Positions 1-11,600 of a stretch of 64,000 nucleotides of DNA are shown one piece after another. The stretch is from contig NC_068984.1 in the NCBI RefSeq assembly GCF_001194135.2, positions 259,894 through 323,893 on the forward strand, in the 5' to 3' direction. Below the pieces are notes generated by a model that was not told where the DNA came from, ran no database searches, and saw nothing but the letters and a program-made list of their open reading frames with translations. The position numbers and the translations under genes were made by a program. Origin of the DNA: Octopus bimaculoides (Eukaryota). Within the stretch, counting starts at the first letter, position 1. The number at the start of each line of letters is the position of its first letter.

Positions 1-207
1 GTGGCCGTTTTCGTGCGGGTGACACGTAAAAGCACCCACTACACTCTCTGAGTGGTTGGCGTTAGGAAGGGCATCCAGCTGTAGAAACTCTGCCAAATCA
101 GACTGGAGCCTGGTGTTGCCATCCGGTTTCACCAGTCCTCAGTCAAATCGTCCAACCCATGCTAGCATGGAAAGCGGACGTTAAACGATGATGATGATGA
201 TGATGAT
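1..207 (+). mobile_element. RTE-derived 3' end with (GAT)n tail
   Basis: Shared block GTGGTTGGCGTTAGGAAGGGCATCCAGCTGTAGAAAC...AGCATGGAAAGCGGACGTTAAACGATGATG. Related copies at about 800-1002(+), 10270-10420(+), 15440-15530(+), 18590-18830(-), 23600-23780(-), 26690-26905(+), 30380-30700(+), 33615-33710(+), 38350-38530(+), 38920-39005(+), 47320-47525(+), 50200-50345(-). Confidence 0.85.
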
Positions 208-1439
208 CTACTTGTCATCCTCAATACTATTCCCTACCCACATTTTACATTGGCAACCCGACCATCAAATCATCTCAGTTTCACCACCATACATCTCTTA
301 CTCTCTTCATGTACTACACCTGCCTCTCTCCCACAACACCGTCAGAATTGACTCAACCACTTGTTACCTCTCTCTCTCTCTCTTCCCCTGTCTCATATCA
401 TTATTGTTCTGTTACTCTTCACTTTGCCAACATCATTGCTCACCCCCACCCCCCACTAAATATCTGCCTTTCAACCCTATCCAATCTCTGCAGTTGTCAC
501 CTACTCTTCCCTACCTTCCTTACCTTCTCCTTCACTCATTCTCTATTTCTCACTTTTCTTTACACTCTTGCAACCTTTACCTACTCAAACTCCCCATTCA
601 CTTCATTCTTTGACACCTTATCACCACTATTCTCTCTCTTTTCTAACCCCCCCCCCTAACTTCTAAAATCTGAGTAACCATGTGGCCTTTCTACAGTAAG
701 TGCAAATAACCTGTTCTGCTTTGACCCTTTCTTTCATATTTAACCCCTTCATCTCTTGAAATATGGCTGTTTCTCTCAGGATATCTTATTAGTCTTGTAA
801 GCTACATGGTAACCTCACCAGTGCTGGTGCCATGAAAAAAGTACCCAACACACTCTGCAAAGTGGTTGGTGTTAGGAAAGGCATCCAGCTGTAGAAACCA
901 CATCCAAGAAGACTCAAGAGCACACAATAGTCTTTGGAGCCATTGAATCCTGTTAAACCATGTAATCCATGGATTACATAGACATTGAATAATGATGATG
1001 ATAATCGAAGAGATGGCAAATTTAGATGAACAGAGGTGGTAATGATTGTGTGTGTGTGAGAGAGTGAGAAAATGAGAGCAGGCTAGTGATTGAGTATAGA
1101 GCTGCCTAGGGAGTGGATAACTTTTTCTGAGATGTGATCTTCTATATGAGAAATACTGTATTCCTTCAAAGCATATTTTATACTTTGTCAATAATTGCTA
1201 GTTGTTCAGTATTCATATATTCTTGCCACAAAGTCTTTTTGATGCTATTTTTTGTTGTTTTCATAATTCTTAATAACAAGATCACTTCTATATCAATCAA
1301 TATTTGGTACTTGAAAATTTTTCTTTCATAAATTAACCTAACCTATTGCTAATTATAGATCTCTTGTTCGTTAATATTCAAGCTGTTCTTATTTCAAGTA
1401 TTATTGTTTCCTCCTCATCACCATCACCATCACCACCAC

Positions 1440-1470
<31 letters not shown>

Positions 1471-1752
1471 TCTAATTGTCTTTGCTGATATGGTATGAAC
1501 AAGCATGTCAGCATTCAGCACCACTCACTCATTTATGAAATCCATGAAATGTTTGCTTCTCAAAATCCAATTCTTATTGATTTAGAAGAGTTTTTAAATT
1601 GCTATATTTTATGAAACACACCCATTGTGATTTCAATTTTATTTAGAAGAATACTTAAAATTTACAATGTCTTCCAACATGTTTGATTTTTTTTTTGATT
1701 ATTTTACACATTTATTTGCAAACTACTTACGAATTTCTGTTTTCTATTTCAG

Positions 1753-1868
1753 GTGGAACCTATGTAAACTGTAATGATGAAAGGGCTACACATTTAGTGG
1801 TTGATGATCAAATTACTGACGATGTACCTGTTATTAGTAACCCAAAAGGGTTTGTCGTAAGAGCTGAA
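1753..1868 (+). CDS. ECT2: ECT2 exon, BRCT2: (G)GTYVNCNDERATHLVVDDQITDDVPVISNPKGFVVRAE
   Basis: tttctatttcag acceptor, gtgagt donor at 1869; matches human GGKYLPLGDERCTHLVVEE...YVVKQE. Phase 1 in, phase 0 out. Confidence 0.95.
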
Positions 1869-3001
1869 GTGAGTATTTATCTGTGTGTGTGTGTGAGAGA
1901 GAGAGAGAATCATTTGTTAGTAGGCGTGTGTCTATTGTTATATGTGAAGTAAAAATACGACTAGGTTAACTCGTAAGCCTAGCTGTTTCATTGCTGTCTG
2001 CTGCTGTTTAAACTAAAGAACTGAGATGAGATGAAAGGGTATTGCCTGTTTGGAATCCCCATGTTAAGTAAATGCAAATTAATATGTAATCTGGGAACTG
2101 GTCAGGGAAGTCAGAACTTCAAAGAAATGATAAGCAGCAACAAATTCTGTTAAGTTATCAGTGGTAGAATATTTAGTTGTTCAGTCTACAAGCTGAATGT
2201 TAATACAGAATGTGAGGTGTGTGTATAATAATTTTAACATTATCATTTAAAGTCTATGTTCCATGCTGGTGTGAGTTAGTTTGACAGAAGCCAGTGGGCT
2301 CAAACACTGTACCCCTGTGCTCCAGTGTCTGCTTTGACAGGGTTTCTGCAGCTGGATGCCCTTAACATAAATCACTTTACAACATGACTGGGTAATCTTT
2401 CATGTCACCAGCACGAGTGAGTTATGCATGCTGCTTTCAAAACTATGAAACTCAAGTGGGTTCTCTATGTCAGGAGATGAGAGTTAAGGTATGAGAGAAG
2501 ATGGTGGGGAGCAGAACAAGTTCTTGAAGAGGAGTTGTATGGCTGCTCATATTTAAAAGCGAGAGTGAGACTGAGTCAGCAGTGGCTTTCCATACTCTCT
2601 GAGCCAGACAAAATTCACTGAGATAGATTTTCTATGGCCAGATGCCCTTCCTGTTGCCAACCCATACCTGCAAAGTATTAAGGCTAAATATGTTTGTGTG
2701 TGAGTGTCTTTTTGTCTTGACATCAAGTGTTAATTGTAAATTAGTATCACGATCACAGAAGCCAACCATATTCGTTGATTTCATTCTTCTTTGATAACAT
2801 GTTTGGCCATTGGACAGTATTGCATTACTTGGAAACAGGTGAGTGTTGGTGACAGGTAGGGCATATGACAGTAGAAATTCTGCCTCAACAAATTGCGTGT
2901 AACCCATGGAAAAGTAGACATTGAAATGATGATGATATATTTACATCTCATGTATCATCATCATCATCGTTTAACGTCCATTTTCCATGGACAGATATAT
3001 C

Positions 3002-3072
<71 letters not shown>

Positions 3073-3774
3073 TAATAGTGATGAGACTTTGGACTAGTGA
3101 ACAAGACCTTTGGAAATATGCTGTGCTTGAGAAGACCTGGCAAGCCAAGTGAGACCCTAACCCTAACCCTAGCCCTATGCCAGCAGTGTAACCAGCCTAT
3201 TTATGTGTAACTTTCTTCTGTTGCACACTAAACTTTGCTTGCGAAGACCTGTTAAGGCAAGTGAAATCAAAATCAAATTCACAGACGTGGTCGATGACAG
3301 CACTGCCTGACTGGCACCCGTGCCAGTGGAATGTTAAAGCACCATCCGAGCATGATCGTTGCCAGGGCCACTGACTGGTTCCCGTGCTGGTGGCACATAA
3401 AAAGCACCATTTGAGTGTGATCGTTACCAGCATTGCCTTACTGGCACTTGTGCCGGTGGCACGTGAAAAACAACATTCAAGCGAGAGTGTTGCCAGTGCT
3501 GGTGGACTGGCTCCTGTGCAGGTGGCACATAAAAGACACCATTTGAGCATGACTGTCGCCAGTACCACCTGACAGACCCTCGTGCCGGTGGCACGTAAAA
3601 AGCACCCACTACCCTCTTGGAGTGGTTGGCATTAGGAAGGGCATCCAGCTGTAGAAACACTGCCAGATCAGATTGGAGCCTGGTGCAGCCTTCTGGCTTG
3701 CCAGTCCTCAGTCAAACCATCCAACCCATGCCAGCATGGAAAGCGGATGTTAAACAATGATGATATATATACAT

Positions 3775-3849
<75 letters not shown>

Positions 3850-6800
3850 TCATCATCATCGCTTAACATCTGCTTTCCATGCTGGCATGGGTTGGATGGT
3901 TTAACTGAGGACTGGCAAGCCAGAAGGCTGCACCAGGCTCCAATCTGATCTGGCAGTGTTTCTACAGTTGGATGCCCTTCCTAATGCCAACCACTCCAAG
4001 AATGTAGTAGGTGCTTTTTATGTGCCACCAGTATGAAGGCCAGTCAGGTGGCACTGGCGTTGACCATGCTCAAATGGTGCTTTTTATGTGCTACCGGCAC
4101 ATCATTCCAATTGTCTACTTCGCCAAAAAAGGTATCCATTCATCATTGAGCTAGGGTTTATATTTGTATTCAGTCATGCAACTTTTTTTTTCATATCCTT
4201 GACAAACGTTGGATCTATAATTTAACAATACAGACGTCAAAACGTGTTCATACAATGTACTTCATGAGACTCCAAAACGCCCTCTTTATTTGTGCTGGTG
4301 TAGTTGTCTCTTTTGCTTTCTCAATTCACTTGTGCTTTGTTTAACTTAACAGAATGTTGCTCGACTCGTATCCCTCATCCACGGTTCATTTCACAAGAAC
4401 ACAGACACACTCGGTTGCTGCTGCCAACAACTTGCTGCATCTTTCTCCACATTTTCTTTTTCTGAATCAGTGATTCCTAAGTTGGGTGGTGTTGTGAGCT
4501 GATAATGAGGTGCTAAGGTAGTGATGGATATAATGGAAGGGTTGGAGGGATGGGTGTTTGAAGATGTCTTGGTAGAAATATGGCATCTGAGATTACATAC
4601 GTTGGCATATTGAAATAATCCTATTTTTAATTCTTTTTTGTTGAGACCAGAAATGAATGACAATGCTTGTATAAAGGTGACACTCATAAGCTACATGGCT
4701 GGCCCATGTGCTTACATGCTTCCACCTCTGTTCATGTCAGATAGTTTACTACTTACTTAATCCTAATATTTCAGCACCTTGATTCTAGCTGTATATTCTT
4801 ATTCTTATCTTTCATTCTTATTCACAGCTGAGTTAACCTCTATATGTTCTGCTGGTTCTATTTGGGATAGTTTTTCATTAGAAAGTTACTCAGTCCAGCA
4901 TTTGACATGAAAGACATAAATCTATTTGTCTGTACTAATATAAGAAATATACTTTATTAAATAAAAATATAATTTACATACACTGAAAGGTCTGATCTAC
5001 ACAAGGCCAATGAGAAAAGTGGTGTGAACTGGACTGGGTAATGTGTTTGCAGGTTGCAGAGATAAGCAGGCAGCTGGTGTTTGGTGTGAAAAGAGAGAGA
5101 TTTACTGTGTGGAAGATAAATAGTTTACAGCACTGAAACCTGATAGAACAAGCAAATTGTTACAGAAGGAAAATGAAGTAGAATTGGAGAGGAGGTAAAT
5201 TGAAAAGACAATGTCAGAGCACTTAGCACCGCCATAAGAAAGGATATTTAATCTTAGCAGCATTCATAATTTATTTAAATATTGATACATGTGGTTTCAA
5301 ATTTGACGATGGTGGAATGTTTTGAGAATGAGAGAGAGAGAGGGGGGGAGAGAGAGAGAGAGAGAGAGATGGTTCAATGACTGAATAGAAGTTCTCTCAT
5401 TGCTACAACAACAACAACAACAATAATAAGATTATTTTATTGAGTTGGAGTTGATAGTCTGCCATCAATCTGCCTTGTTCCATTCACTCAATTTAACAAT
5501 GAAGTTGATGGAGGTTGGGGAATTAAAAATGACAAATAATTTGAGTGGCTGATATTTTATAGATTTTGACCTCTGTGACTGTCTTCTCTATGGGCCAGGT
5601 GGGATAGTGGTGGGGTTTTAATTTAACTACTTCATTTGTTCAGCGTGTTAATTATTAATTTTTGATGATTTATTATATGAGAAGAGTTGTAATTATTATG
5701 GTTCTCAATACTAAGCCACTTTTGTTAGGTACTAAACACAGACAACTAAGTATTTAATACTTGTGACAAGGGAGACAATATGATTGGAACTATTTTATTT
5801 TTAGACTGTCTATGACTTTTGGTGACACTCCAGTTTAATTAATTGTTGTACAAGTCGTTAGCTTTAAGGTAGTATACTAGTCTTCACGTTCTCTTCTCTT
5901 GATACTGTCAAATGCAATTCATTTGGTGCATAAGAGAGCTAAGTTAAAAGAGGTAAATTTATAGCTGATCTGTAATTCTGCCAGTAACCATCGATGTTGC
6001 ACTTATAGAGTACAAGTATGATGCTTCTTAAATATTGATTCGAAGGTTGCTTCATGAATTTACATGTCTGAATTAATCTCATTACTATACCCCTTGGTTT
6101 TCCTCTTTGTCAGCAAAGACAGTTTGACCCTTTTGTTGTTTTGTTTTGGTAGGTATCACTGTATGGTAGCCACATGGATCTATCCTGCTGCACAACATTT
6201 TGCAGCAAGTGCATTTTAACCTGACTTCAGGCTCACCAAAGCCTTACGAAATCGTATCAAAACCTGTGAGAGGGGGCTGGTCTGTTTCTTAAATATCACC
6301 TGGTTTAACACTTCGATTTAATCCTTGGGTATCTTTAGTAGTGTAAGGAGAATTTCTAGTCTTTCCTCACCCCTGCCAGGGGTCCTTAAGGGGACATAGC
6401 TTGTATTCTTCTCTTCTTCATTTCTTCCAGGGTCCTGAAAAAGAACACAGTTTGTGCTCTTCCTCTCACCAGTCTTAGGGGTCCCTAAAAAGTGCCCTAA
6501 AAATGGACATAGCCTATGCTCTTCCTCCCCTCTTGCTCCCACATATTACTTAAGCAATGCTGGGTGTATTATGTTACATTTTTTTTTCTTTTTCTTTTGG
6601 CTCAGAAGTTTGATTTCTGCCCCTTTTTCCTTGAAGGCAACCCTGGTGAATAAAGAGCTCAGTTTGCTATCCTGACATAAGACCCTTTTTTTGATGAGTT
6701 TTTAAACCTTGATTACTACATAACGTTGCCAAACTTAGTTTTATTGCCTCCATTAAAAAGTTCTATTGCTGTTTATCTGTTTTCTTTTTATCATATTGAT

Positions 6801-6936
6801 TTGGTTGAGGAAACATGTTGGCGTGAAATATTTATTGGTTTCCTCACTATGTTCGATGTTCACAAGTGATGTCAATGAAGTTTTATTGTCAAGTAGAAGC
6901 TGTTTATAGTGTTATCAAAGGTGATATTCTAGTGAA

Positions 6937-6977
<41 letters not shown>

Positions 6978-8630
6978 AGGGTGTTAGATCAATGTGTGAT
7001 GACAGATTAAACACAAAGCCACAATCTAGTAATAAAGTTTACACAAACTTTATACTTTTATCATGTTACAGTTCACTCTTGTAGATAAAGGTGATGCGAG
7101 ACAGAGATAAATAGCAAAGCTGCCTTTTATTTAAACTCGTTTAATTCATCTCAGTATTGGTAAAAAAGAAAAAAAATGAATACAAAGCCAATGATAAGAG
7201 ACTCCTCCTTTTTTTTCTTACAACAACATTTCTTTCCCATGTTGCCATAATTTGGCAGAAGTTCAGTATTTACATGTATTTGATTTTGAGAAGTGGTTTT
7301 GTTGTTCAGTGCCAGGAGAACCCTAATTGAACAAATCTTTTAGCAAAAATGTCTCTACCATCACCATTCCATCTTTTCTCAGTCTATCTTGTGCTTCATT
7401 ATCCAATGTGTTCTTCCCATTTCAAGAGAGTACGGTGGGGTTTAAGACGCATGCTCTTTAGAGTTCCAATTTATTAAGCGTGCAGTGAAGTTGGTAGTTA
7501 TTTTCCTAATTCACTTCATAGGTGTGGGCATGGCTGTGTGATTAAGAAGCAACCACATGGTTTCAGATTCAGTACCACTGTGCTGCACCCTGGGCCAGTG
7601 TTTTCGACTCTAGCTCTGAGGTGATCAATGTTTTGTGAGTGAATTTGATAGACTGAAATTGTGGAAGCTTGTCATTTAATGTTCCCTTTTCCAGTGGGGG
7701 AGCATAATTCAGAACCTACAATGTAAGAAAGCACATTGTTTCCGGTGGTGTATAACATCTGATAGTCTAGGTTATATATGTGTGTGTGTGTGTGTGTGTA
7801 TCTACCCCCCCCCCCACTTGACAATAGGTGTTGGTTTGTATATGTCCCCATAACTTAGTGGTGTGGTAAAAGAGACCAAAAAGTAATATACTGGGGTCAG
7901 TTGGTTTAACTGAAACCTTTTAAAGTGGCACCCTGGTATCGCTGCAGTCCAATGACTAACACAAGTAAAAGAAAGTAAAAAAGACTTGAGAAATGTAGAA
8001 TGAACTGTTTTTTTTGTAGCAGAGTTGGACATACAGGCATTATAAATCTGCCATTTTTAATTACTAAACTCATTCTTGAAATATATTTTACCAATATGGC
8101 ATGGAGTTGTCTAAAACTTCTCAAGAATTAAGTTTTGTAAATAGTGCTTTTTGTGAAGTCACCAAAGTTTAAAATGAATTCATGCAACTTTCTATGTAAG
8201 CCAAATGAAAATTGGTTATAGATTATTTCCAGTTCTGTAAATATTTAACTTTTTATTTATTGAGAATAATAACAAACTGTTTCTCACAGAAGTACGTTTC
8301 CATATATCTGCCTGACATCATTGATATACATACTTATATATATATATATATATAGTGGGAAGATGAGGGTGAGTGAGAAAGAGAGAGAGAGAGTATGAGG
8401 GTGAGCACGAGCGCTTTGTAACTGAGTGAGATTAGATTGTAGAATTGAGTTCAAATCTTGTCATGCATAAAATCTATAATAAATTGTGATATTTTGTGAG
8501 ATAATTTTTAATTCGTTGAGGCCCAAAGATATCTTATGTTTGATGTAGGTTAAAAGGTACTTGAATCATTGAGAAAGTCTTTTTATGGTTGTTTGATCTG
8601 ATAGAAATAGCAACCAAATATACCCCCTGC

Positions 8631-8665
<35 letters not shown>

Positions 8666-11600
8666 TCCACCGTTTTTAAACCTTTTTATACAAAATCTGC
8701 CTTAAATCTCCAGAGGTTATTTGGTACAAACTGCTTTAAAGTGATCTTAATTTGAGCNNNNNNNNNNATTTGTATTCTGCACACCAGTTAAATAATGGCA
8801 GCCATTTAAAAAAAATTTTCATCATTATCAAAATCAGTTGAAACAAAGGAAGTGTATTTCAAAAAAAAAAAAAAAATGGTAAAAGAAAAGGATTAAATGG
8901 GAAGGACACATTTTGGTGGTGGTGGTGGGGGTGGTGAAGGAATTGTCACGGCTGGATTGCTTATGCTTTTGATCACAAGTCTACCCATTCAAGATTGCCC
9001 TGGTACTGAACAGACTGTTTTAAAAGTGATCTAAAACTTTCCATCAAAATTCCTGATTTATATTCCAAGAACCAGCTTAATAACAACAAAAAGCTCTTTT
9101 TATAAATTCTTCATTGTTTTCAAAGTTAACCAAAACAAAGACAGCACAAATTCAGCATAAACATGGTTACAAAGGGGTAAGGTGTGCAATAATTTATAGT
9201 GAAAAGTTTTCTCAAATCAGGTTCAATTCACAGACTTGCCTCTACTTTCATCAATAGACAAGCCATTGACCTCTAGTCTATTGATCGAATCACAAGAAAT
9301 GAATAAATATCAACAGTTTAGTGAATTTGATCCTTGTTTAATTGTTTGCAGTTGAAACGTGTGATGCACAGAAATGTTACTATTTGGCTCTGCTGCTCAT
9401 ACTATTACCTCTAAGTTTGTAATATTCCTGTCATTTATCTACAGAACAAATTAAACCTACTTGTTGTTTATATTCCAGTGGTTCTGGGGCAGTATACAAA
9501 TAGATGCTTGTGCATGTGAGGATATTTACCTGTTTGAAAAGGTGAGTTTTTATTTATTTATTTGCTGAAGTAGACCATGTGATGTATGTATTGGATGTTA
9601 TGTAAACAAAAATTTGTAACACCGCACCTGCAGTACATCATCATTTATAATATATAAAGACCTGTAACATTGTATTTTCTGCGAGCAAAAGTTGAGAAAT
9701 ATTTCTGCAAGAAATGTATCAAATGTTCCTTATTAGAATGTATTAATGTGTGTTCTTACAATAATGGTTCATAGAGGAATTTTATTTTGGCCAAATTGGG
9801 TGACAATGGCAAAAGTTTGGCAATCATACACAATCCTGATTTTAGCTTGCAGCTGACTACAAAACATATTTCCTCCATCTCTCTGTACTCACTCATTGAG
9901 TTCTGTCTGTGACCAAGATTGAGGCTATTTGAAGATCTGGTGTATCCCTCTATCTTTTAGATGTCCTTGTTTCTCTTTCCACATATCAAGTTGAATGTTT
10001 GACATGTTCCAATAATTTTTTGGGTGTTGCTTTTAACTTTATTGAAAATTGGTTCAATTTGTGCCATTTCTTGTAGATTTACTGTTTTAATTCTTTCAGA
10101 TGTTTATCAGTAATAAATCTCATGACCTCTCTTCTTTCTTATCTCTCTTTTTCCAGCTTGAGTAACCATGTATCTCCTCTACATGGTGAAGACACACTTG
10201 TTCCTGTCCCTCTATTCATAACCTCTTGCTGCCTGGCCCAAAGCCACCCCACTCAATACTACTCGCCCCTCAATTGAGGGACCTTGTTAGTTATTTGGTG
10301 ACCTCATTGGTGCTATGTAAAAGCCACCCAGTACATTCTGTAAAACAGTTGGCATTAGGAAGGGCATTCAGCTGTAGAATCCATGCCAAAGCAGACGGTA
10401 GAGCTCACCAAGATGAGCTCACTACTTCTTTTGCATTTGCAGCTAAGTGATGGAATCTGGAAGGCTAGCAATATTATTATTTCTTGTTTGATGAAAACTC
10501 TCAGCTTTATTTTGCTGGATATGATGGAAAGAGTCAGCTGTCCACAGCCAGCAGATCATAATTCAAGAACCCTGCAGAGAACTTTTGCAGTTCCAAGAAA
10601 TGATCATTTTTGTAGGTGCTCTGCATTCCAAGTTTAAAGAGGATTAGGGTTATCTGATCACATTGGATAGGGTTTCCAAAGCTAGAAGGGGGTCTATGCT
10701 TTCAAAAGCCTCTGTAAAATTCATGAAAACAACATGAAACATTATGAATCACTGATCTAAATCATTTACAATTTTTTTTATTCATTTGTTGTATTTAGTA
10801 TTTTTGTCATTTTGTTTTTAATGGTCATCCTTTTTCAGAAGGAGTCACCTGAAGCATTCACACCAAATTATTTGAACAACTCATTAAAGAATCGTAAGCG
10901 TCGCCTTCTTCAAGACATCAATGAACGATTAAACCAAGACCAGCAGACTCCAAACTGGGGTCCCAAGAGACGCTCCAAAGATTTTGCTGACAAGAATATG
11001 ACACCTGTGAAAATATGCCAAAATGAGTCATTAATAGAAACAAGAAGTGTTGAAGGTAGGATTTGAAGAAACACCTTAATTAAAAATTCTGGTTGAATGG
11101 TTTTGGTTTATTCTAATAATTCTTGGGTTGGGAAACAGAATATGAATTTTCTTGGTTTTCACTTGGTCTTCAATACTTTACAATCAATATGGCTGAAATT
11201 GTGTGTGTGTGTGTGTGTGTGTGTNNNNNNNNNNNNNNNNNNNNNNNNNNNNNNNNNNNNNNNNNNNNNNNNNNNNNNNNNNNNNNNNNNNNNNNNNNNN
11301 NNNNNNNNNNNNNNNNNNNNNNNNNNNNNNNNNNNNNNNNNNNNNNNNNNNNNNNNNNNNNNNNNNNNNNNNNNNNNNNNNNNNNNNNNNNNNNNNNNNN
11401 NNNNNNNNNNNNNNNNNNNNNNNNNNNNNNNNNNNNNNNNNNNNNNNNNNNNNNNNNNNNNNNNNNNNNNNNNNNTAAACACATGAACGTTGGTTATCAA
11501 GTGATAGTGGGGGACAAACGAGCACACTCACACACACATGACAGGCTTCTTTCAGTTTCCATCTACCCTATCCATTCACAAGGCTTCCAAGGTGCTACTC

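Noticed and set aside
188-659. Long ORFs 188-613 and 309-659, and similar L/S/P/H-rich or YI/HT/CV/RE-repeat ORFs across the track
   Set aside because: They arise from pyrimidine-rich repeats and microsatellites; no domain signal or splice support.
11225-11475. Missing ECT2 exon hidden in the N gap
   Set aside because: Flanking exons join in phase and the protein is roughly colinear with known ECT2; the gap sits between a TG tract and a SINE.
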